A stretch of DNA of 64,000 bases from an uncultured Gammaproteobacteria bacterium (GTDB lineage Bacteria; Patescibacteriota; Microgenomatia; UBA10105; UBA927). The stretch is taken from NCBI GenBank assembly GCA_964629685.1, contig CAZVTT010000003.1, positions 86,038-150,037 on the forward strand, in the 5' to 3' direction. How positions within the stretch are numbered: the stretch's first letter is position 1; each line of letters begins with the position of its first letter. A model generated the notes under the pieces. The model did not search any database. It worked only from the letters and a program-made list of their open reading frames with translations, and had not been told where the DNA came from. Shown one piece after another: positions 11,701-23,700 of the stretch. A program made the translations under genes and the position numbers.

Positions 11701-14700
11701 CGTGGATCTATTGTAACTCCGTACGGAATGCCTGCTGGCCAGATTACCGATAATTCCGGAACCGTCTACCCCCTCGGGTGGAGGAACCGGTACCGGTACC
11801 TGATTCGGCATCAGGTATGTCGGCAAGGTAAACAGATATTTAAATGGTAGCCATGCTAATCCGTTTATTCCGGCTGCCACTCCGTGTATGGTTTTGACCG
11901 CGCTGTTATTGGGAAATATTTTTGTTCCCAACCAGGTAACCCGTTCAATAACAGTGGTAAATGCTACCACTTTAAGATATTCCGGATTGGCAAACGGAAC
12001 CATGCTCGGCAACGACGTTATATCATCCGGGGAATCCTGATTTGTACTCAATATCCGTTCTAACGGATGAAGCTTTTTCGTAGGATCAATATGCTGTACA
12101 TATTGTTGAATTTGTTTTGCAGTGAGTGACTCGAGTAATACTGCCGCATCTTTACCATTAGCCGTGGTTTTATATATCTTGATGACGGGACTAATACTTC
12201 CCTTCCTCACTTCATATCGGATTCCCAATTTGTCGAGTAACGGTAAAATTTGGTACACATCCTGTATTGGAGAGAAATTCTGCTTACGGATCTGGGAATT
12301 ATATCCGATCACCGGCTGTTCCGAGCCTTCTTTTCCCTCGGATAACTGAAATATAAAATATCCGTCTTTCGACAACACCTGCATCACGCCACTAATTTGC
12401 CGGATTAAATCCTGTGCATCCGGTGAATAATGCTGAAAGTTAATTCCGATAGCCATAGCCACATCAACTGTCCCGGGCTCTACTACCGTATGGGCTTGTT
12501 CTGCAGTAACGCCATGAATTCTATCCTCAATGTGAAGTAATTTATGAGATACGATTGCCTCCTGTGCCTGTATATCATCAGGATATTGGTATGAAGGCTC
12601 CAAACCGGCTACTACCGTATATCCTTCGCGATCCAGATCGCGCACCGCTGCTCCCATGCCTACGCCAACTTCCATAATCCGCCGGGTATTCGTTTTCCAA
12701 TCGGTGAGTTCATCATCCGTCACACCCAACATAGCTTGGCCTGTTTGGTCAGGGTAATGCACGCCGTCAAGAGAAGGACTGCTGGTAAAAAATGGTCTTC
12801 CGGTTACCATCCACGGGGCTCGTTCACTGTTTGACTCTTCCCGAAGAAATACCGGTAATGCGGCAATGAGGCTATCCAAATCGTCTTGAGGAACTATTGC
12901 TACAGGTAAACCGAGAAGATATGGATGTGCCGGGAGTGCCTGAGCTTGCGACTGTTGTTCTAGATTTTGTTGCTGTTGGCCTATAAATGCCACTTCTGCA
13001 AATAATGTTGGGATGGAAACGTGTACGGGTATAGAACCTTTACTGGTTATTAGATACCCTTCATACACTCGTTCATGTGTCCTGCTAGCACCGGTTAACA
13101 ACAGTTTAACTGGCTGATTCCCCTCGGCATCAGTTAATACAACTTCGACTTCTTCCCCATTCTGGACTCGGGAACGTATGTCTCTAATGGAAACAATACT
13201 GGCCGTAATCTGCTCCGGCGTTGATTTGTTCTGTTGAGAATTTATTGACTCAGATTGTGGTTGTATTTGATCGTTAATACCATCAACTGGTTCGTCCTCA
13301 GTTGTAGAGGAAGCGTCGGGCATTGTTTGCACTATCGTTCTCCCTAACCACAAAACCGGTGCCTGCCAGAGCGCGGTATCAGCAATTTCCACACCGTCTT
13401 CCAGTACTTTCCTGGCTGCTCCGGGAAGGGCACACTGCCCGCCGGTTGTTCCCCCATCCGCCGCAAACACCGGCCGTAACAATCTCATACCGGTACCGCA
13501 ACGATTATTCTGATCATCAAGCCATTCCTTAACACCTTCAGTCGCGTCGAGAACAATCTCCTGAGCTGCCGTTTCAACAGGGAGATACGTTTCGGCCTGA
13601 GAGTCTGCGTTACTGCTCTGAGCTTCCTGCGATGGTTCGACCTGTACCCTGCTTAATGTTACCCGGCCATTGTCAGTCGGATCTGCATACACCCAAAACG
13701 TATTTGTACCGATGGTAATAAAGTCACCACGGTGTACAGTTCTGATTTCATAATACGGGACAACCTTATCATTTATTGAAAATATGGCTGAGGCTATCAC
13801 ATTTTGTACCGCCAGTGTCTCATCATCAATCCGCCGGACTTCCAGCCGGATACCCCTGGAATAAGTACCGGGTAATAACAAAACATCAGGTACATCATCA
13901 GGCGTATACGTCCCAACGGTTACGGTTTGATTCTCCGGAATATTCAAAGTAAACAATTTCTGGCGTACCAGTTGCGATCGCCGAAGTGACGTCAGAGACC
14001 GTGCCGGCAACACTGTCTTTGCTTCATATTGTGACCGGAAATATTTATACGTAGCTATCGTCTTTAATACCTGTGCGTGATATTCATAGTCGTTTCCGAT
14101 ATATGAGTCTTTACTTTTTATCCACCGATTGTATTCGCTTATCCATTGCGCAATCTGTGCATCCTCAGGATTGGCTTGCATCAATGTATTGAGATACTCA
14201 GCGTACCGTCCCAACAAGGTCGCGGTAGTATCAATATTAGAATTCCCGCGCGATAACGCCAATAAATAATGTGCCCCTTCTTCCAGTCCCATCAAAAAAT
14301 ACTCCCTGGCTTGAGTGGTTATGGTTGAAGTATGCGCTTCGGGGGCTGACTGTTTTTGTGTTCTCCGTGAAGTTAATGCCAGGCTAATTGCCTGACTAGC
14401 TAAGTCTGTACCGTAATAGCCGATATATGGTTCACCCATAAACTCATCCGGAACCGATGAGTAGTACCCGAAAGCATCAACAAACGTTGCCCGAAAATTG
14501 TGTATTTGTGCCTGTGTAGCAGCTGTATACAATCTCCCGGAAGTAATCAATACCGGGAAATTCAACGCATCTCCTCCATTTTGTTTTGTGGCTAAGCCGG
14601 GAAAACTTCCGAAACTGAATTGCATACCAAGTTCCGTATATGCCATCAGTTCTGCAGCAGCTGAATAAACTTTCTGCTTTCGCAGGGAAATTCCGGTCTT

Positions 14701-17700
14701 CTTTATTTCCGCGTCTATATCGTCTTTAATGGGTGACTTCGCAATGAAATCCATATAGTAGGCTTTACGAAGACCAATATAATGCTCAACATACTGATCA
14801 AACTCTGCAGCAGTTTTAAAGTCTCCAAGCGTTGGTCTCTTCTCCACGGGAACAACAGTAAATGTTGACGCAGCAACCAGTTGGGTTACTTTTTCCTGAA
14901 CCTCTTGTCCCAACCAGTTCTTCCGCACACGGATTACTGTCTCAATTCCTTTCTTTCGATGAGTAAAGGATTGTTCTCCCTCCGGGTATATCATGTTTAA
15001 TTTCTCCGCTAATGCACTTTCTGAATCCGCCGCGGTTACGATTACCTGTAATAACGGGTGACCGATGCTGCTCGGCACATTTCCAGCCCAGGTATAGTCA
15101 ACAGCTATATACCTATTCCCTACCTGATACACCTGGCGGAGCAAAGCTGTATTCGACTCTCCGACCGGTGCATCTGAGAGAATCAACGGAAGATGTTGCG
15201 CAGTGAATGGATCTAACTCACCGAAACTGAACACATTTTTCACATCTCCTACCAATGGTTTTATCTGGTGAACCTGGACAATAGTTTTGAGCTTTCCTTC
15301 CCGCTCGCGGAGTTGGCGTTGGAATTTAATCCGCCAGTCGTTTACGATACTCCGGTTCATGCGGTACACACGAATTGCAGCCAGGTATATTCTCGGATTT
15401 ATCCAGTCACGTAACGGATACGTTTTGAATATATTTGAGAGACGCTGTTGCAACAAGAACGGATAGAATTGGGGAATCGTTTCCGTTTGTAACGTCGCAT
15501 TAGCTCGCTCTATAGCAGCAGCAATACGCTGCTGCAGTCTGATGGCTGCTTTGTACTGTTCCTGAATACCGTTCGGCAGTATCCGCACGTACCACGGTAA
15601 CACCGGTTCAACCACAACCGGTTGTGATACCGCCACCTTCTGCGTGGTTTGTACCTCGGCGTTTACTGCCTCTGTTTGGCTAAGTTCTGTTTCCGGTTTG
15701 GTTTGCTGTTGCTCAGGTTGAGCGGGAGAAGCCGAAACCGATACGGTTCTGAGCACCCACAACGCCGGAGCCTGACCGATAAATTCGCGGGCAGGATACA
15801 ACAACCTTCCCAGCAGACTGCACCCTCTCCCCGATTGGTCCGCTGCGTATGCCTGAGGTACCAATCGGAATGCCGCACCGGCACAATCTTCAGTTACATC
15901 ATCTACCCACTCATCCGTGGTTTCATCCCAACCCGGTGCGGCAGCAATCGGCTCAAACGCTTCCGGATGGTACATCCATTCATAATAGATATCCCGCATG
16001 TCTCCGGGGTTTAATGTCGGGTCAGATATCGCTATCCGATAAATTTGCTCACGGGTAAGATCGGGATTTTTCCGTCTGGCTTCATCTATGACATACTCAC
16101 GCAGAAAAAATTCCAGTTCTTCGTCTGCACGCGGTGTAAAATATGATTCGTAGCTCAATGGTCCATCGGGAAATCCGGCCGTATACCCCGAAATAAATTC
16201 GTCCTGATCATAATAGAAGGCCAGCAAGTCAGGTATCACCCCATATTCCCATGCAGGCAAAATTATACCGCGACTGTTAAGTAATGCCCGGGCATACGTA
16301 TCGGCAATGCCGGCAGTACCGCGTTCATACGGCATCATGTTAATTAATAAATAGTATGATTCCGCAACTGCCCGCTGTATTTCCGCTTCATCAGCAGATG
16401 TTCTGACTATTGTTAACAGTTCCTGTAAACGTTCGTACACCACCTGCTGTTCCGCTTCCGTAAAATACAGATGATATATTTCGTTGCCGATCATGCTACC
16501 CGGATTATCCGTACGGACCAAAATACGCTGTGCCAGAATACTGACTCCCTTAACGGTAATCCGGTGTTCATACACAGTGACGTTGGGTGATTTCGGATCT
16601 GGTGTCCCTTTTTCCTGAAACCAGGGTCGGGAAAACGAATACATCAATTTGGAATCCCACCAATCAAAATCCGTCGTTTGCAAAGACGTGGTTAACGAAT
16701 CATCCCGCTCTCGTCCGAAGGCAGCATCCGTTTCTTCTACGCCGGCTTTCCTGGCAGCGACCAACGCCTGTAAAATATCCTGTGGAGTAAGCGTTTCATC
16801 GTCCCTGATTGGTGCTTTCAGCGTATCGATAGCTTCAGCCAGCGGTAGGGCAAATTTCGGATTAAAGCCACCGAATCTCCTATCACGCAGCACTACATTC
16901 GTCCAGGGATAATCCGGTGCCCGGCCACCATGCTCCCGGATATATGCTGCCATCTTTTCCACTTCCCTGTCCCAGATCATTTGGATTAATTCTTTTGTCC
17001 AGGTGTTATCTTCTCTCCGTACTGCACCGAGATACACGGTCATAAAATCACCGGTACTGATCATCTTCTGTTGATCCTCTTCGGAAAGACTGTTCCAAAA
17101 ATCCTTCCATGATTTTCCGGAGGATTGCGGTTGGGGTAACTGCGGAGCAGGCTCCGTATCCGGCCGGATCACATCCAGAACAGCCTCCCCTTCGTGTACC
17201 AAATCGGACCACAGGGTATCTGCCGGTACATTCGTACCAGGATACCGTTCATTTATAATGGTAGAAATATCTGTTTGTCCTGTTAGATAGGCATCGATAA
17301 CGTCTAACATTTGTTTGTAACTTTCTTCTGTTAACATATCGAGCATGTCCGTATATCCCTGTGTTCTGATATTCTGTCCGACATTGCGGATACGGTACGC
17401 CTGCTTAAATTGTTCAAGTGAAACAGGAGTTGGAGCTCCATTGGCATACGCAGCGTTCCTAAATTCCAAAAACGCCAACAGAACATTACCGCCATGCTGT
17501 ACTATCCACGTCTCTACACCTATGCCACCCAATCCATGTTGATCAGCCGATTTATAAACATTTCCTTCTTTTAAAATCAATTTTGCTAAAACTATATTGG
17601 CCAGTACCGTTTCCCGATGTTGTGTGCCGATTAACGGATCTCCTGCTTGTTGTTCAATCGCTTGTAGTTTCTTTTCAATTACCTGACTGGGAGTAATCAA

Positions 17701-20700
17701 ACTATCCGAACCCTTTATAAATATTCCCAGGTCGAAATCCACCGCTTGATCATTGACTGTCGCACCGGTAACCCGGATTTGCACATATCCGGTGCCGTTA
17801 TCTATTACCGTCAGATTCGCACCTGCATCCAACCGGTTCCGGATGTTATTGGCAAGAGTAGTCGCTTTTTTGAAATCAGCACTATTTACAGACAAATGAA
17901 AATCGTAGTCGGCATCACCCGGTACGTGAGTTTGCCTACTGGTGGAACCGGAATACAACAATGTCGCATCCAACTGACTTTGGCCTGCAACAGTTTGATA
18001 ATTCATCCCCGTATCCGTAAACGCTTGCCCGAGCAAACGAATCACTGCATCTCCGGTTACGTCAGTTTGGGTATCGCCACGCATCACCTCTTTAACCGCA
18101 TCCACATCACGGGCATGTTGCTGTCTTCTGCCGTTATGTAAAAGATCATCAATTAGTTCACCGGCAGTCGTATTTGCGGTAGTATCTTCAAACCCGATGG
18201 TATCGTTCTGGAAATACCCGATACCGGCAAAATCAGCCCGTAAATTTTCGTACTCCGTAAGGGTAAAAATAACTTTACCGGTTTGATCTGTAACAGGTAT
18301 GTACACGCCGTTAGCTGCAATGTAATATTTCAGACGGGCTAAGGCTTCATCTCGTAGATATGCATTGTCACTAATAATGAATGCACTTATATCTGACCAG
18401 GCAAATCCTGTCCGTATTCCGTATTGCTGATCCGAAAGCGTCGAAAAGTATTCGTACCGTTGCTGATCATACGGTGCCCTTGTTTGCCCGGATGTATGCT
18501 GAAACCGTTCATCCGGTTTTAGTACCAACATAATGTCTCCATACCCTTTTGCAAGAGAACCTTCCAACGCGGCCCGAAACGGATCCTGCGACTCGGAAAT
18601 ATTCGGCATTACCAAACTTAAATCCGTATCAAATGGTGTTAAATCAGAAGATGCGTCAGCACCTAACAATTCGGGAGCAGTAAATCCGTTTCTCGCAACA
18701 GATTCCAGAAATACGGAACGGAATCCTTTCAATAAATCGCCAGGCCGAATATCTACATACTGTTCGCCTTTATCGTTTTCCCGGAGCTGTGCCGTATTCC
18801 GCTCAGTAGATTGTGCTTTAATTTGTGCAATATCCTGCAACATGTCCGCAAGCGACGCGTAACCTAACGGATACAGGAATTGCTGACCGTACCATTCCGT
18901 AACTGATTGCCCATCCGATATTTCCAGTGCAGAACGTAGTTGTGCTAATTTTGACTGCACATCTGAACGGAGTGTTTCTGCGGTTACACTTCCCTGCTCC
19001 GGCAAGAGTGAACTATTTATAATCGTAATTAATCTATTCAGGGTAATATTCGCCTGCGTAAGTTCTTCTTGTGTAAGTTGTTCGCCCGATTCCATCCGAT
19101 GCAGCAACTGCTCTCCCGAAGCTAATTCACGGATAAATTGCACGAATGTCCACGACCCGCCGCGTAAATGGATGCGCAGTAAATCAGTATAAATAATTGC
19201 CCGTGCAATCCTATCTTGTCCAACTGCCCGCTGCAAAACCGGAGAAGAAAAATCATATGTATTTTCCCGCAGTCTCTCCGCAGGATACAAAATATCAAAT
19301 ACCCGGTATATCTTTCCCATCGTGGGAAGATTGTTAAACGCAAACACGGCAAATATTTTATTGTACGTTTCCCGTGGAGACGGTGTCTGTAATATTTGCG
19401 CAAATATTTCCAATTTCGCCCGTTGTATCTCCGGTAAAGGAGAGTTAACCAGGTCCAAAAACACATCCACATTAGCCATTAAAACCGATTTATTTATCCT
19501 CATCATCACCGGCGCCAACTGTTCCATTTCCTGGGTGCGCAATCCAAACATGGCATCCCAGAATTGACGTTCTGCCACCGGCAACGTTGCAAGTACTTCC
19601 GCATTCATCACTTCATTGACCGGCGGCAACACGGTGTAATGAGCGAGTTCAATGAGCAGACCGGGATTCAAACTCTCGGGACGATCAACGACAATCGCGT
19701 TATTCCGGATGAGCGGTAATATTTCAGCCTGATGTGTTAGGAAAAAATAGCGGCGCTCGTACTCTAACGGACTATCGACGACTTCTCTGCGATAGAATTG
19801 CCAGAATATCAGCTCGTTTCCGGTAAATTGGTTTACCACTTCTTCCGTCAGATATGCATCCAGTAATTCGGTATACCGACTAACTTCCGCCGGATTCCTA
19901 CGGATGGATTCATCGATTGCCCGCACAAAAGCTATTGGCGTTACTCCATCTATGGGGAATTCGGAAACCCCGCGGGCCCTTAACTCGACCAACGCCGGAC
20001 GCACATAGCCGCGTGAATTTAATACCAAATCCCAAAATATGCGGTCTGCTTCTGTCAGCGATTCGTTGCCTTCAAGCACTTCCCGAATAACGGTATCTTC
20101 GAATTGTGCTTGGTTTAACGCCAGATAGAAGGCTGGTTGTACTACCCCGTCTGTAAAAAACGCATTTACCTGACCTATATGATCATGCAAAAATTCACGT
20201 ATTTCATAAAATCTGTATACATATTCCCACATGCGTTCTGCCGCAGGTGTTAACCCAAGCGCGCGTATTTGGTCAAATGGTACTAACGTATTTACTTCCC
20301 GCCAACCATCCGGATACGCATATATTTCAGTCAAAAACGCCTCAGTAATATTCCCCTCTTCATTAAAATACGAAGTAAAGTTTTCTCTATTGGCAAACAA
20401 AAACTCCGATATATGCAGCGGTGCATCTTTCATCACTGTCCAAAATCTGCGTTCCGCATCGGGAAACGCGTTAATCATATTCTGAGAAAGTATTCTTCCG
20501 TACCACACTGAAGAAATACCGGACGATTCCAACGCGTAAAAGAATTCGGGTGTTACCGCACCATTCCGGACAAATTGTGACATTTCGGAACTATGGGTAC
20601 TGATGAACGCGAGTACTTCCCGACTGGTTATCCCCTCCGTTAATTCATCTTCCGTACTTTCCGGACGTTCCTGTAGCCTTCTCAGTAAGGTATTCAAATC

Positions 20701-23700
20701 CGCAACACGGGTGTTCGGTCTTCTCTGCCTGCCCCACAATTCCCTGGTAGTTGAAAACAGTTGTACGATTGTTTGTTGTGCTCCCTCAAGAATAGAGGGC
20801 TCCTCTAGTACTGATTGCTCCGGAGAAAACACTGGTACTAATTGGTCTGCCCGCGGCGACGGTAATGGCGTTTGCGCTTGATCCTCACGTACTGACGTAT
20901 CCTCTGCTTCGCCTTCTTCCTGAAGTAATTCACTATCCGTTTCTGCAGCTTCAGTTTCGGGAGGAACACCCGGATTTTGTTGACGTACCGGAGTAACGGA
21001 TTCGATCAATTGCGTTACTCTGTTTACGAGTGAAGGAATGAATCCCACGTTTGGCTGTTCCGGTAAGGCTATTGCCCCGGTATACCCGTTGGCTCTGGCG
21101 TACGCTTCAAGGGCAATTATTTGATACGCGAATGCTTCCTGCAGATATTGAAGTTGATCCGTTTCTCCCGGTTTTAACTCACCTTTTAGCGCTTCAAATA
21201 TCACGTTCAGCGCTAACGTATTTGCGGCGACAGCTGTGTCTACCTGTTCCGCAGTGAGTGGCCGGTGGTGTGCCGCTGCCACTTCCGCCATGGTGTTTAC
21301 CGCCTGCAGAATCACCTGATTCCCGGGTATGCCGCTTTCGGTATGTCTGCTCAAATGTTCCTGGGCCAACCTGAGCAAATCACGCATATGCTGTTCTTTG
21401 GCCGGCCCGGTAGCATCATGAATTTTCTTCAAAAGTTGATTTGCCTGACCACGGAATACCGAACATTCTTCACAACCGTTGGGGTCACCCACATCGTTTG
21501 CCTTATCTAACGCATCTTGGGCATATTGTTCTGCCTGAGTCAGACGGGCTTCAGGGTTCACCACCTCGCGTATCGCTTCCAGTATCGTTTTTAACGGAAC
21601 CTGCTCTTCGTTCGTCAATCGGCGGATGTCAGTATTCACCCGGTTTAAATCTCCTACCAATTCATCAAACTGTGCCGTATTTAACGTCAGATCATATATC
21701 TGTGCGTCGGCGTCTATGGTCGTCACCGCCGTAGTCCGTACCGGTTGAATCCGTTCTCCGGCCAACAACGTATTTAATCTGGCGAGCAATCCCAACACAT
21801 AAATCCGCTGTGGTATTTCGTGATGCAGATGCGATACCCATTGTGCCTGTGTTTTTATGTCTCCGGCTGCTTCCGATTTTGCCCAGGCATCAAACGAGCC
21901 TTCCCGTTTTCCCTGCCAGGCTTCCAGAAGCCGTAAAAATACAGCCAGTGTATCTGCCCGGAAGAACGGTATGTTACGGGTTTTTATGGCTGTATATACT
22001 GCCCGGGAATATCTGTTCGCTTCCACAAACCGTAATTCCATGTATGCTCCGTCCTGTCCGGGTATACCAAATGATTTCACCGACTGTTGCGCTTCGGTAA
22101 TCTGCAGCCTTCCACCGGCTTCGCGTGAGAATCGCTGTAGGGTGCGGGTACCCTGACCGGTACCGCCGTCTTTCGTCGTCTTCCCGACATTAAAGTCACC
22201 GTTGGTAAAGTTTGCCGGTTTAAATCCTGATCCACTATCCTGAATTCCTATTACAACTTCTCCTGTATTTGGATCAATTCCGAATCGGACCGTAATTTCC
22301 ACGTCCGAACCGTTTATTTCATATGCATTCTGAATAATATTCTGGAACATAATCTGAAGCGCACTGGGTCGGAACCGAAGTTGCAACGGACGCGCAGGAG
22401 GAACTACGGTAAGTTTTATACCTTTTATCTCAGCTAGCGGCGCTACCATTTCATTTAGGAACGGTTCCAGTTCTACTTCCGCAATATCGTCTCCATTTAT
22501 ATACCTGCTCCACATATCCACCACCCTGGCAGCGGATCGGAGATTACGGTTGGCGCTTTCATACCATTTGCCATACAACTGTTCCGACATGGCATCAGGT
22601 AACGCACCCATACCGGAAAATTGTAGATACATGGACGCATATCCTTTCATACCGGCAAGCTGGTTACCCAAATCGTGACGTAATATTCCCCATGAATCGC
22701 CACCGTCTTCATCCCGCAACTGTTTTAATATTTCGAGCAATTCATCTGCCAAACGCACCACTTCGGGTCCAATCCGTGTTACCGCTTCGGTTCTTGCTGC
22801 TGTATTTGCCGGATTCTCAGGTAATTCGTCGATGAGTCCCCGCAGGTTTGTAAGATACGTATCTATCTGTTCAAACGTGGCATAAATTTTATCGACATTT
22901 CGGACTTCCGGTTCCGGCTCCGGTTCTACTAATGATTCAGTATTTGATACTTCTGTCGCGTAGCCCCACACATACACTTGCTGACCATCTACTTCTATTG
23001 GCCAGCGTACCAGACCGACAAATGCATGCGTTCCCCGCTCTATACTTTCTATTTGGGCGAGTTGGACGATTTCGTCCACCTGTCGGTTAATACTGGTAAC
23101 CCGTTGCCCCGAAACCGGATCGGTCGTTTGTCCCCACCGTCTGGCAGATGGCCGTAAATCCGTGACAGTGGCAGGGTTAACGACGACTTCACCTGCATTA
23201 ACCGTAACGCCGCCGCGTAACATGGCATACCGCGATCTGCCGTCTTCGTACAGGTCTCCCGGAAATTCAACCTGAAGTACATGAATATCTACCGGAGTAC
23301 GCTCGGCGGTCTCATCATTGGCGTTGGCATCCATAAAGGCGGTAAACCCGGTAGCTGTAGGTAGTCCGTCCGTAAACTGACTGGCCTGCGGATTTTGTAC
23401 CCACTCCACATCACCATCTGCTATGTTTCCGATATCACCCAAATGTAAAATCGTACGCGTTTGTCCGCCATTTTTCGGCTGATATTCCCAACGGATTACG
23501 TCATTGTATCCGGGAACGGCGCGGATACCTTCCGGTTCAGATTGTTGGGTAAGCGCACGGGATGTTAACGCTCTGGCGGAAAATTGTTGGGTTCCACTGG
23601 TGGTTGGCTTTGTAGTGGTTTCCGTTGTGAATGGATTTTGTTTCAAATCGGCTATGAAAGTATCCGCTTCCGAAATACGGAAATGACGCTGTGCCCGTGC

